This document shows positions 1 to 9,415 of a stretch of 64,000 nt of DNA, in pieces. A program made the position numbers and the translations under genes. This stretch comes from an uncultured Spirochaetota bacterium (GTDB lineage Bacteria; Spirochaetota; Brevinematia; Brevinematales; JAOACQ01): NCBI GenBank assembly GCA_963768055.1, contig CAVYGN010000001.1, positions 224,001-288,000 of the forward strand. The letters are read 5' to 3'. Positions within the stretch are counted from its first letter, which is position 1. Every line of letters begins with the position of its first letter. A model generated the notes under the pieces. The model was not told where the DNA came from, ran no database searches, and saw only the letters and a list, made by a program, of their open reading frames with translations.

Positions 1-948
1 AATTTATTTATAACGAACGTATGCAACCTTGACTGCAATTACTGTTTTGCCAAAGGGATGCTGGGTGAGAAGGGAGTGAATGAGTTCTCGCTGGATGAAA
101 TTAAAACCGCGGCTTCTTTCGTCAGATCCTCAGGCAAGGGCGAGAATAAAAAAAATAATATTATTTCCATTCTCGGCGGAGAACCGACCCTTCATTCGAA
201 ATTCAGGGATATTATCGATTATCTGACCGGTAATGGATTTATTGTCAAGCTTTTTACCAACGGCACTTTTCCTGCGGCGATTTCTGATTACCTGAAAAGT
301 CTTAAGCCCGGCCTTTTATATATTATACTTAATATGAACCGCCGGGAAAATTATTCTGATGTGAAGTGGAACAACCTTGAGCGTAACCTGCGTACATTGA
401 ATTCTATGATTACCCTGGGGATGACTATTTATGAGAAGAAATTCGATTACAGGACCATCCTTCAGTATATCGAAACATATGATTTGAGGAAAGAGATAAG
501 GCTTGGTATTTCCCTGCCCATTGTCAACGGAATAAATGAATTCGTCAGGTTTGATGATGTAAGGGAAATCGGCGGACGGATTGTCGAATTCAGCGGGGAA
601 GCCTTTAAAAAGGGCATAATCGTCGGCTTTGACTGCGGATATGTCATGTGCATGTTCACAAGGAAGGAGCTCGGCATATTGCAGTCGAATAATGCGAATC
701 TGAATTTTCTGTGCGACGGGGCGATCGATATCGGGAAGAACGGGCGTGTATGGAGGTGTTTCCCGTTATACAGCATCTATAATACCAATATCGGGAAATT
801 TGATTCGGTAAGATCGCTCAAAGAATATTACAACTCGGCTCTGCCTGCGAAAGTAAAGGGGATATCCGGGAATTGCTCAGACTGCGATTATTTTAAAAGG
901 CGTATTTGCTCCGGAGGATGCTATGGATTTGAATTTATACAGCAATGA
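1..948 (+). CDS. Radical SAM/SPASM-domain enzyme (5'-truncated by window edge)
   Basis: Frame 1 is open from base 1 and reads NLFITNVCNLDCNYCFAKGM, so the CxxxCxxC motif lies upstream of the ORF-track start at 58. GGEP motif; C-terminal SPASM-like cysteines (C..C, CxxCxxxxxxxCxGGC). Confidence 0.9.
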   Translation, partial: NLFITNVCNLDCNYCFAKGMLGEKGVNEFSLDEIKTAASFVRSSGKGENKKNNIISILGGEPTLHSKFRDIIDYLTGNGFIVKLFTNGTFPAAISDYLKSLKPGLLYIILNMNRRENYSDVKWNNLERNLRTLNSMITLGMTIYEKKFDYRTILQYIETYDLRKEIRLGISLPIVNGINEFVRFDDVREIGGRIVEFSGEAFKKGIIVGFDCGYVMCMFTRKELGILQSNNANLNFLCDGAIDIGKNGRVWRCFPLYSIYNTNIGKFDSVRSLKEYYNSALPAKVKGISGNCSDCDYFKRRICSGGCYGFEFIQQ

Positions 949-1705
949 TATGACAGTCCGGCTGTCTGCAGGAAAACGGCGTAAAAGTTTCCCCGACAGA
1001 CTGCCCGAGCTCAAAGGAATCCTTGAAATAAACGGCATTAAAAATGTCATTATTACATGCGGCCGGGACATTCAATATAATATTGATATGATGTCGCTGG
1101 TCATGGACAAATTCAACGTGTGGCTTGAATGCGATCCCGGGGATTATCTCCTTTATAGCAAGGCCGTCAAAGAGATCTCGCCACGCAGGGCGACGGTCAT
1201 GCCGGGATTCAGGCTTGATGGCGAAGGGATCTCCGGCTTCAGGCTGTTCATGAAGAACACTGACTTTGACATGGAATTGTCGGTGTTCATAAAGACCGAT
1301 AAAAAGAATAATGAGGACGGTAAAACGGTTTTAAGGGAAATGATGTTAATTGCGGGAGAGAGGCCTGTAACTTTCTATTGGGATTGCGGGCTGTTATTCT
1401 GCGATTTCAATGATGAGGAGCTGCTGGGATATTTTATTGAAAAGGGGAGTATGATGAGGTTTTACTGCGCGCCTGTGATGAATATAGACACAGGGTTTAA
1501 AATGAGTTTCTGCCCTTCCCTTAAATTGCGCGGCATGGATATTTTGAAGAACAGTCTTTTTATGGAGAAATCCGGCAAAGCACTGAAAAAGCTGGATTCG
1601 TACTGGAACTTCGGGATATTCGGAAAATGTTCTTCATGTCCTAATTTTCTTAAAGTCTGCTCCGGCGGCTGTAAAGCGGCAGTTAAAGAGAGTTTTCAAA
1701 ACTAA
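923..1705 (+). CDS. SPASM-domain protein; degenerate radical SAM paralog lacking CxxxCxxC
   Basis: C-terminal half parallels the flanking rSAMs (WDCGLLFC ~ FDCGYVMC ~ FECGVPHC; CSSCPNFLKVCSGGC), but there is no N-terminal SAM-cluster motif or GGEP. Confidence 0.7.
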   Translation: MDLNLYSNDMTVRLSAGKRRKSFPDRLPELKGILEINGIKNVIITCGRDIQYNIDMMSLVMDKFNVWLECDPGDYLLYSKAVKEISPRRATVMPGFRLDGEGISGFRLFMKNTDFDMELSVFIKTDKKNNEDGKTVLREMMLIAGERPVTFYWDCGLLFCDFNDEELLGYFIEKGSMMRFYCAPVMNIDTGFKMSFCPSLKLRGMDILKNSLFMEKSGKALKKLDSYWNFGIFGKCSSCPNFLKVCSGGCKAAVKESFQN

Positions 1706-1724
1706 TTATCACAAGGCGGTAAAT

Positions 1725-2684
1725 ATGCCAAATCTTATGATTACCAATTATTGCAATCTTGCATGCCCTTATTGTTTCGGCATTGAGCAGATGAGCCCGA
1801 ACTGCTCCCCGCAATTTATGACGCGCGATACATACTTGGATCTTCTCGGATGGATGAAAACATCGGAGCTCGATTATTTTCATCTTATGGGCGGCGAGCC
1901 TACGCTCCACGAGGATTTTCTCTGGATGCTGGAGAAGGCTTCGGAAAAGGGTTTCAAAGTGGATGTGTTTTCAAACGGAATAACAGATTTTTCTGATGAT
2001 GAGATCAAAATGATAAAGGAAAAATCCCGATTCTGGATCGTAAATGTAAACGATCCGAAAAACTACAGCGCGGATAAGGTCGCAAGGCTTGAGAAATTGC
2101 TTAAGGGCCTGAACGACAGTGCATCCATCACCTTTAATATAACGGATGAAGATTATGATCCTTCCTATGTAATAGATTATATAAACAATTTCAAGCTGAG
2201 GAGGGATATAAAGCTGGGTATCGCCCTTCCGACACTAAACCAGGAAAATAAGTTTGCATCAACCGAGGATTTTGCCGGATTGTCCAGAACAGTTGTCGAA
2301 TTGTCCTACAGGATGAAAAAAGAAAAAATAATGGGCGAGTTCGAATGCGGCGTCCCGCACTGTTTTTTCAATAATAGGCAGAGGACAATTATAAAAAAGA
2401 ATAACTTTGCCAGTTTTTCCCAGTGCTGTTCCATGCTCGATATCCTTCCCGATGGAAATGCCATATATTGTCTTCCCCTTGCCAAACTACTGAAGGAACA
2501 TTATTCCAGATTCAAAACCTACCTTGAATTATGGACCTATTTCCAGGATTATTACAGGCCTTATCGAAGCGCAGGGTATAAAAAGGAATGCCTGACCTGC
2601 AAGTGGAAGTGGAGCTGCAATGGAAGCTGCCTTTCACGGATAATGCCTTATTATATCGGGGCAGGTGATGAAGCAAAGCTTTAA
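1725..2684 (+). CDS. Radical SAM/SPASM-domain enzyme
   Basis: CNLACPYC motif, MGGEPTLH, C-terminal CLTCKWKWSCNGSC. Confidence 0.92.
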   Translation: MPNLMITNYCNLACPYCFGIEQMSPNCSPQFMTRDTYLDLLGWMKTSELDYFHLMGGEPTLHEDFLWMLEKASEKGFKVDVFSNGITDFSDDEIKMIKEKSRFWIVNVNDPKNYSADKVARLEKLLKGLNDSASITFNITDEDYDPSYVIDYINNFKLRRDIKLGIALPTLNQENKFASTEDFAGLSRTVVELSYRMKKEKIMGEFECGVPHCFFNNRQRTIIKKNNFASFSQCCSMLDILPDGNAIYCLPLAKLLKEHYSRFKTYLELWTYFQDYYRPYRSAGYKKECLTCKWKWSCNGSCLSRIMPYYIGAGDEAKL

Positions 2685-4419
2685 TGCGGTCTTATTTATC
2701 AAAAGCATAATGAAGTTCCTCTCCCCGTACATCAGAAGATACGGGAATCTAATAATAATCGGCGCGGCTATTTCATGCACCATGGCGCTTGTTAACTACT
2801 TCAACTTAAGGATCATTAAAAACGTATTTGACGAGAAATTATACAACAGCGGGTTATTAACAATCGGCAGGTCTTTATCAATGGTGCTGGGAGCTTTTCT
2901 TATGTACTACGGATTAAACTATTTCTTAACAAACATGAATAACAACATAATGCTTTCGATTAACCGAGATATAATCAGGGATTTCTATATGAGAATCTGC
3001 AGTTTTTCAATGATCTTGATGAACGAATTTTCCCCGGGCCGGCTTATGACGTTATTATTGAATGATATAGTCCAGATTACTCCTTTCGTCAATCTTATAT
3101 TCATCGAGCTGGTTAAAAGTTCATTGATCTCTGCTGTAATACTTGTATATCTTTTCAGCATATCCTGGGCTTCGGCTATAATACCCCTTGTTATGATTAT
3201 GGTTTTCCTTTTAATAAACAGGTATTTCAATTCGCGGATGCGAAAGATGAAGCCGGCGATCCAGAAAACCCTTGAAATGTTCAATAATAAGCTTCTTGAC
3301 CATTTCCAGGGAATTAAGATCCTCAAGGTATACGACCTCGACGATTATGAAAAGGGAAGGTTTTCAGAATTAAACCAGACGGTTACAAGCCAGAACCGCG
3401 GTATTCTTAAGATGGAGAATTTAAAGAAGAACACCGCCGAAATCCTTGCCGTTCTTTTCATATGCGCCGCCGCCTTCACCGGATTTATGCTTGTCAGGGA
3501 GAATATTGTCACGGCGGGGATTGTTGCGGCTGTTTTATTCGCCTGTTTTATCCTGAATAATGAACTCAAGACCATGTTTGAAATATTTTCACGGGTTTCC
3601 CTTATGTCCGTTCATCTGGAAAGGATTGAAAAGGCTTTTAAAATATCCGGAGAGAGCCCCGGCTATTCAGGCAAAGAGGGGTTAAAGACCATACTTAATG
3701 ATCCGGTAACGTCCATCTGCTTTGAGAATGTGGATTTTAAGTACTACTCTAACTATATCCTCAAATCCGTGAACTGTGTTTTTAATACCGGGGCGGTAAT
3801 AGGGATAACAGGCGAATCCGGCTTTGGCAAATCTACAATGCTGAATCTGATGCTCGGACTTATAGCCCCGGGCGAGGGGGCAATAAAGATAAACGGCATG
3901 CCCCTTGAAAGTCTCGAGGTTAAAAATTATTTGAAACACATATCTTATCTTTCGCAGAGGCCGTTTTTATTCCAGGGCTCTTTTAAGGATAATATCGCTT
4001 TCGGCGAGCGGGAAGTCGACATTGAAAAGATGGTCAGGGCTGCAAAATCCGCGAACATTCACAAGTTTATCACAGCTACCCCCATGGGTTATGATACTGT
4101 GATTTCCGAGGGAGGACTTTCAATATCCGAAGGGGAGAAAAAAAGGGTTGAAGTCGCCAGGGCCATATATAAGGATTCTTCAGTTATTGTATTTGACGAA
4201 CCTACGGAAAGCCTTGATCTTAATAATAAGTTTGCCATCGTCGACATGATCAAATCCCTCAGGGAAAAGATCATCGTCGTGGTCAGCCATGATCTTTATA
4301 CCCTTGAAAGGTGCGACAGCTGGCTAATGATAACCCAGGATAAGCGGGTCAAGGAGATCAATGCTTTCGAAAAGCTTTATGAGGAAATAATGGGCGGGAA
4401 TAAACCCTATGAGTCATAA
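2668..4419 (+). CDS. ABC exporter, fused TMD-NBD (peptide/MsbA-like), no C39 peptidase domain
   Basis: About 6 TM helices, Walker A GESGFGKST, atypical signature ISEGEKKR, Walker B VIVFDEPT, H-loop VVSH. GTG at 2665 is an alternative start. Confidence 0.9.
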   Translation: MKQSFNAVLFIKSIMKFLSPYIRRYGNLIIIGAAISCTMALVNYFNLRIIKNVFDEKLYNSGLLTIGRSLSMVLGAFLMYYGLNYFLTNMNNNIMLSINRDIIRDFYMRICSFSMILMNEFSPGRLMTLLLNDIVQITPFVNLIFIELVKSSLISAVILVYLFSISWASAIIPLVMIMVFLLINRYFNSRMRKMKPAIQKTLEMFNNKLLDHFQGIKILKVYDLDDYEKGRFSELNQTVTSQNRGILKMENLKKNTAEILAVLFICAAAFTGFMLVRENIVTAGIVAAVLFACFILNNELKTMFEIFSRVSLMSVHLERIEKAFKISGESPGYSGKEGLKTILNDPVTSICFENVDFKYYSNYILKSVNCVFNTGAVIGITGESGFGKSTMLNLMLGLIAPGEGAIKINGMPLESLEVKNYLKHISYLSQRPFLFQGSFKDNIAFGEREVDIEKMVRAAKSANIHKFITATPMGYDTVISEGGLSISEGEKKRVEVARAIYKDSSVIVFDEPTESLDLNNKFAIVDMIKSLREKIIVVVSHDLYTLERCDSWLMITQDKRVKEINAFEKLYEEIMGGNKPYES

Positions 4420-4903
4420 TAACGACGCCCGGCCCGGTTTTTTTAGTTCCTATTTGCTGGGACTGAGGATCGCGGGCATAAAAAAGTTTTTCAAGGGAAA
4501 TATAACTGCCATCGTACGCTCGCTTAGATTGATAGGCAGAGGGCATTTTATCAATAAAAGCGATTACATTGAGTTAAAAAAACTTCTATCGAGGGTCTAC
4601 ATATTTTCGCCCTGGATGTGGAAACAGAAGTGCCTCTACATCTCGCTTATGGAATATTATTTCTGCCCGGGCGCAGTCCTGAACATCGGGTTTGATATTT
4701 CGGAAATGAAAAATGAAGGACATTGCTGGATTACTATGGACGGGCTTATCCCTGATAAAGACCAGGAGAATCTGTGGTTTTCCAATCATTACAGGATATA
4801 TTTTTCAAGAAAAGGCGATGTGATATACTGGCTGCCGGCAAAGTACAGGGAAACTGAAAAGGTTTCAAAATTATTCGGTTTTATGAAGGGGGTAAGGCAA
4901 TGA
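4409..4903 (+). CDS. Lasso-peptide B2-type (transglutaminase-like) leader peptidase
   Basis: 164 aa; KCLYISL and GHCWITMDG match the CLxxSL / HAW..D Cys-His-Asp pattern of the B2 family. Confidence 0.75.
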   Translation: MSHNNDARPGFFSSYLLGLRIAGIKKFFKGNITAIVRSLRLIGRGHFINKSDYIELKKLLSRVYIFSPWMWKQKCLYISLMEYYFCPGAVLNIGFDISEMKNEGHCWITMDGLIPDKDQENLWFSNHYRIYFSRKGDVIYWLPAKYRETEKVSKLFGFMKGVRQ

Positions 4904-6345
4904 AGAGGGTCGCTCTTATATCCCTCAATGTGAGGGGCTATTATTCGACAGCCCTGGACCTTATATCCGGCTATGCCCTGGGGGACAGCGAGATAAGAGA
5001 AAACTACTCCTTTCGTATTTATAATGTTTCCATGAAAATTGTTAAAAAGGTCCGGCTTTATAAGCCGGGGTTCGCCGATTTTTTTATCGGCTTATTTAAA
5101 GACTGCCTGCTGTTTAATTTTAAACAAGCCGATATACGGATTAAACAAGCGCTCGAATATAACGGATTCTATGTCAGGGTTTCTGAAGCCATGTCGAGGC
5201 TGGCTGCTTCAATAAAGATCCTCGCTGGTTTTCCTGATATTGTAGGGTTTTCATGCAGCGTATGGAATATCCGGGAATCTCTAAGAACAGCGGCTTTGAT
5301 AAAAAAGTTCAGACCCGGGGTGATTCTGGTCTTCGGCGGGCAGGAGGTGACCAATTCGGGGCCTGCTTTTGCCGCTGCTTATCCCTTTATCGATTATGTC
5401 GTCGATGGGGAAGGCGAACAGACCTTCAAAGAAATTCTTCTTTCGCTGCTTAAACAAAAGCAGGCTCAAACAGCTCCCATACCCGGATGCGCGGTGAATG
5501 GCGCCCCGTTTATTAAAAGAGAGCCGATAGCCGATCTTGGCGGTGTGCCGACCCCTTACCTGTCGCTGATAAAGAACAAGAAAATGATGAAGGTTGTCCT
5601 GGGATCGAAACTCGGATGCATGATAGAGTCTTCAAGAGGCTGCCCGTTCAAATGCACCTTCTGCTTCGAATCCGACCGTTTTAATTCTGTGCGCTACAGG
5701 CCTTTAAAAAATATCACTGATGAATTAATGCTATTATCATCTCTTGGCGCTTATGGTTTTCATATTCTCGACCCGACCCTCTGCGGACTGAATAAGGGCA
5801 GGACCAGGGAGATAGCTGACATAATCCGCAGCATAGAGGGCCATGAAAATTTTAAAATTTCAGTAGAGGTATACCTCGATTACCTGATCGAGGGGATGAT
5901 CGGCGATCTCGATGTGTTTTATTCTTTTGATGCCGGGCTCCAGACTGTAAATCCCCATGTTTTAAAAAAGATAAGGCGGGTATGGAACCAGGAGCGGTTT
6001 ACACGAGGGTTTTCACTGCTCAAGCAGTTAAAAGGAAAGATTATTGCGGTGTACCTGATTTTCGGCCTGCCTGGGGAATCCTATTTCAGCTTCATAAAAA
6101 GCGTCATTTACGTTTTAAGCCTTGAGCCCGATTTATTTTATGTTAACAAGTTAAGCCTCCTCTCCGGTACGTCCCTGAGGAGGGACGCTCCGGCCTTAAA
6201 ACTGGATTACTCGGAGTCTCCTCCTTATCATATCAAATCCACCCCGGATTTTTCCGAAGAGGAGATAGGGCTTTGCGATATATTCACCAAGAGCATGATG
6301 TGGGAATTCAACACATACAATTATAGGAGAAGTATTAATGCTTGA
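4900..6345 (+). CDS. Cobalamin-binding radical SAM enzyme (putative methyltransferase)
   Basis: B12-binding domain (DIVGFSCSVWN, VFGGQEVT, GEGEQTF) followed by SRGCPFKCTFC and IFGLPGES. Confidence 0.88.
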   Translation: MKRVALISLNVRGYYSTALDLISGYALGDSEIRENYSFRIYNVSMKIVKKVRLYKPGFADFFIGLFKDCLLFNFKQADIRIKQALEYNGFYVRVSEAMSRLAASIKILAGFPDIVGFSCSVWNIRESLRTAALIKKFRPGVILVFGGQEVTNSGPAFAAAYPFIDYVVDGEGEQTFKEILLSLLKQKQAQTAPIPGCAVNGAPFIKREPIADLGGVPTPYLSLIKNKKMMKVVLGSKLGCMIESSRGCPFKCTFCFESDRFNSVRYRPLKNITDELMLLSSLGAYGFHILDPTLCGLNKGRTREIADIIRSIEGHENFKISVEVYLDYLIEGMIGDLDVFYSFDAGLQTVNPHVLKKIRRVWNQERFTRGFSLLKQLKGKIIAVYLIFGLPGESYFSFIKSVIYVLSLEPDLFYVNKLSLLSGTSLRRDAPALKLDYSESPPYHIKSTPDFSEEEIGLCDIFTKSMMWEFNTYNYRRSINA

Positions 6346-7246
6346 TTATCATAATACTTGCGTCTGCGAGGGAGCGCCATGGTACGGCAATATACCTGTT
6401 ATTAATGAGGAGGGGTGTTCAGCCCTTCCGAAAGAATCGGTGATAAAGGATATAAGGGGCGGAAGAGAAAAAGGAAATATAGCACTTACAGGGGGCGAAC
6501 CGCTCATGCATCCGGATATCATGGATTTTATTTTTGAATCCGCCTGCCTGGGTTACCGGAGAATAAAGCTGATGACTGGCGGCAGTAGATTAGCCGATAC
6601 AGGTTTTCTGAAATCGCTGATCTACGCCGGCGTTTACTTGTTTGAAATCCCGGCATGCAGCCCGGATGACCTGACAAAAAAAGATCCTGTCAGATCGGTT
6701 AGAAAATCCTCGGAAGGGCTCAGGAACATCAGGAAAATAGCAGAACTTGACACATATTTTTACAACATATATGTCGCCCTCGTTTTGCCGGTTTGTTCCC
6801 TGAACTATGGAATTCTTGAAGAAATACTTGGTGCAGTGATAGAAGACGTCAAAGTCGACAGGGTTATATTCTGCTGGGGAGAGCCGGGTTTCGATATCCG
6901 GAAAGCGGGTTTATCCCTGGGCGGGGCGATCGGGAAATGCGTTAAAAACAAGATATGGGCATTTACGCGGGGGATCCCCCTTTGCGCCATTCCCGGAAAT
7001 CATATATACCATATGGAAGAGCTGTATGTTTCCGGCGCTCCGGATACGGGTTTCGACCTTTCAGGGCCATGCAGGGAATGCTGGGCTAGAAGTCTGTGCC
7101 GGAGATTACCCGGCCCGCTTGCTTCCTTCAAATATGCGTGGAATCCGAGGGCTGTCGAAGCTGAAAAATATACTCCTTATGTAAAGGACATCCTGGAAAA
7201 GGGATACGTTTTTGATGCTGAAAATGAAAAACTTTACAGCTCATAA
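6338..7246 (+). CDS. Radical-SAM-fold protein with degenerate cluster motif (HxsC-like appearance)
   Basis: LTGGEPLMHPD retained; N-terminal YHNTCVCE instead of CxxxCxxC; C-terminal IPLC...CRECWARSLC. Confidence 0.65.
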   Translation: MLDYHNTCVCEGAPWYGNIPVINEEGCSALPKESVIKDIRGGREKGNIALTGGEPLMHPDIMDFIFESACLGYRRIKLMTGGSRLADTGFLKSLIYAGVYLFEIPACSPDDLTKKDPVRSVRKSSEGLRNIRKIAELDTYFYNIYVALVLPVCSLNYGILEEILGAVIEDVKVDRVIFCWGEPGFDIRKAGLSLGGAIGKCVKNKIWAFTRGIPLCAIPGNHIYHMEELYVSGAPDTGFDLSGPCRECWARSLCRRLPGPLASFKYAWNPRAVEAEKYTPYVKDILEKGYVFDAENEKLYSS

Positions 7247-8384
7247 AGGCTTGCCGGAAAACCGCGCTATCGTCCTGACAGCCCTTGACTGTCATGATAA
7301 TCCTTATCTCGATGATAAAATAAGAGAAGCGGTAAAAGGGATCAAAGACTGGAATTATGTGGCCTTCCATCTTGTCCACCATGGCACGGCCGGCATGTTT
7401 GCAAGGCATGGGGCACGGCTGGGCCTGGAAAATAATATAGACGAAAATTTCCTCCGGGAAATCAGGCTTCGCGACAAGCTTTTCAGGTTCAGAAACGCCA
7501 GGTATTATAAAGAAATGTCCAGGATATCCTCCCTTTTCGAAAAAAACAGGGTATCAATGACTTTTGTAAAGGGCGCACAATTAGTAGCCGCAGGGCTCAT
7601 AGAGCCGGAAAACAGGTTCATGAACGATATCGACTGCATTGTGCCCATTGAAGAAGCGGGCAAGGCCAGGGAACTGCTCCTTGGCGGCGGATATGCCGAG
7701 CAGGGAGAAAATGATTTCGACTGCCGGTATGACCTTAAAGGGGAGATGAGGTTTATTAACATAGAAGACAGGGAAATTTCTGTAGATATAAACATCCTTC
7801 TCAATAAAAACCGGGAACTCCTGCATTGCTACCCTTTAAAGACAGAGGATATGCTCTCCCGTTTAACATGGAAGGCCGGAAAAGGCCTTTCATACAATGA
7901 AATTGAAAACGAATTCCATTTTATATATTGCCTCTACCACCATGCGGCGCTGAATTATTTCTGGAGGCTGAATTGGCTTAACGACCTTTATATCATGTTC
8001 AAAAAAGCTAATATCGAAAGATTATTTTCATATGCATCCAGGTACAAGCTTGGAAGGGTCCTGGACCTTTTCCTCGATATTCTTTCGGCGCATTATGATA
8101 TAAATACTCCCCGGAAATCAAAGGGGATCAATATAGGGCTCAGGAGGCTTTATCTCGATCCTTCATGTTCATTTGCGGACCTTGAAACGATCGACAGGAA
8201 CGAATCGGTCCGCATATTCATGATAGACAGAGTACTCGACCGCATAATATTTTTAATCATGAAGGTCTTTTCTTCTCCCGAAACCCTGAGGATTTATTAT
8301 AATTTGAACCCTTCTTCCGGCATATTTTATGTTTACGGAGTACATGTTAAGAATTTATTTAAAAGAATAATAACTAAAAGGTGA
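7212..8384 (+). CDS. Nucleotidyltransferase family protein (NTP_transf_5 type, as in lasso-peptide clusters)
   Basis: KGAQL...RFMNDIDCIV catalytic motif; HHAA...RLNWLNDL C-terminal motif. Confidence 0.8.
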   Translation: MMLKMKNFTAHKGLPENRAIVLTALDCHDNPYLDDKIREAVKGIKDWNYVAFHLVHHGTAGMFARHGARLGLENNIDENFLREIRLRDKLFRFRNARYYKEMSRISSLFEKNRVSMTFVKGAQLVAAGLIEPENRFMNDIDCIVPIEEAGKARELLLGGGYAEQGENDFDCRYDLKGEMRFINIEDREISVDINILLNKNRELLHCYPLKTEDMLSRLTWKAGKGLSYNEIENEFHFIYCLYHHAALNYFWRLNWLNDLYIMFKKANIERLFSYASRYKLGRVLDLFLDILSAHYDINTPRKSKGINIGLRRLYLDPSCSFADLETIDRNESVRIFMIDRVLDRIIFLIMKVFSSPETLRIYYNLNPSSGIFYVYGVHVKNLFKRIITKR

Positions 8385-9415
8385 ATTTGATTATGGAAGA
8401 CCGCGCTGGCAGGTTTTTTTCTGGAAGGCTGAAATGCACCCTCGCCCTGAATATTCATGGGACTCTCCTCCATTTATTATGCGACGACCGCAAGCTTCTC
8501 CAGCTTATAAAAAGGCATCTGAAGACCTACTGGGTAGGGCTTGAAAAAGGAAAAAAACCGGACATGGCCTGTTCCATTATTACCCTTCCCCGTAATGACT
8601 TCGATACAGTCCTTGGAAATTATAAAAGAATGAAAAAAATCAAAAACGACGAGGACCTTGATATCAGGTACGGTAAGGCCGGGCCGGAATATGTTTTTGG
8701 AGTAAATGGGGAATGCATCATCCTGTTCAATGGATCAGATGACGACTGCTGCTGTATATTGCTTAAAACAGACGATGGCGGAATACTTGAACCTATGATA
8801 TTTATGGATATCCTTCTGATAGAATGGCTTAAAAACAGAGGGTTTTATTTTATTCATGCCTCGGGCGTCTGCTCCGGAGGCAGGGCTTTTCTTTTTATCG
8901 GGCCGTCGGGAAGCGGCAAATCTACGGCGTCCCTTATAGGCGCTTACAGCGGGCTGGATTTTCTCGGCGACGACCTGATCATTTTAAAAAAATCAGAAAG
9001 CGGTTTTTACGCTTATTCCTATAATGTTAACGTGAAAGTCAACAGGGACATTATGGAGAAAATGGATTATTTTTCCCGGCCTATTTTCCGCGGGAAAAAA
9101 TATGATACGCTTCAGTTCAGCCTTAAAAAACATTTCAGGGTGGATATTTGCAAAAAAGCGCCCGTAGAAAAAATTTATTTTATAAAAAAGAATAACCCTT
9201 TATGCGTCCTGAGCACGGTGGAGGCATACCCTTTGCTGTTAAAGTCAGTCTGCTTTCCGGGGCGGGACAGGTTTAAGCTGGAGCATTTTCAATTATTTCA
9301 GGATTTTTTAAGGTCTGTCAAGTCCTTTACTGTCGGGCATGAAGATATTAATAATAATTTTGCCGCGCTGGTAACCCCTGATATATCCTCTATGCGGCTT
9401 CGCGGAAAGCTTTAA
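8381..9415 (+). CDS. HPr-kinase-like (PadeK/ThcoK-type) peptide kinase
   Basis: IHASGV, Walker A GPSGSGKST and LGDD motif; cluster context. Confidence 0.78.
   Translation: MNLIMEDRAGRFFSGRLKCTLALNIHGTLLHLLCDDRKLLQLIKRHLKTYWVGLEKGKKPDMACSIITLPRNDFDTVLGNYKRMKKIKNDEDLDIRYGKAGPEYVFGVNGECIILFNGSDDDCCCILLKTDDGGILEPMIFMDILLIEWLKNRGFYFIHASGVCSGGRAFLFIGPSGSGKSTASLIGAYSGLDFLGDDLIILKKSESGFYAYSYNVNVKVNRDIMEKMDYFSRPIFRGKKYDTLQFSLKKHFRVDICKKAPVEKIYFIKKNNPLCVLSTVEAYPLLLKSVCFPGRDRFKLEHFQLFQDFLRSVKSFTVGHEDINNNFAALVTPDISSMRLRGKL

Noticed and set aside
1..9415. RiPP precursor peptide inside the window
   Set aside because: The genes overlap or are separated by 20 bp or less; the short alternative-frame ORFs lack an RBS and precursor features.
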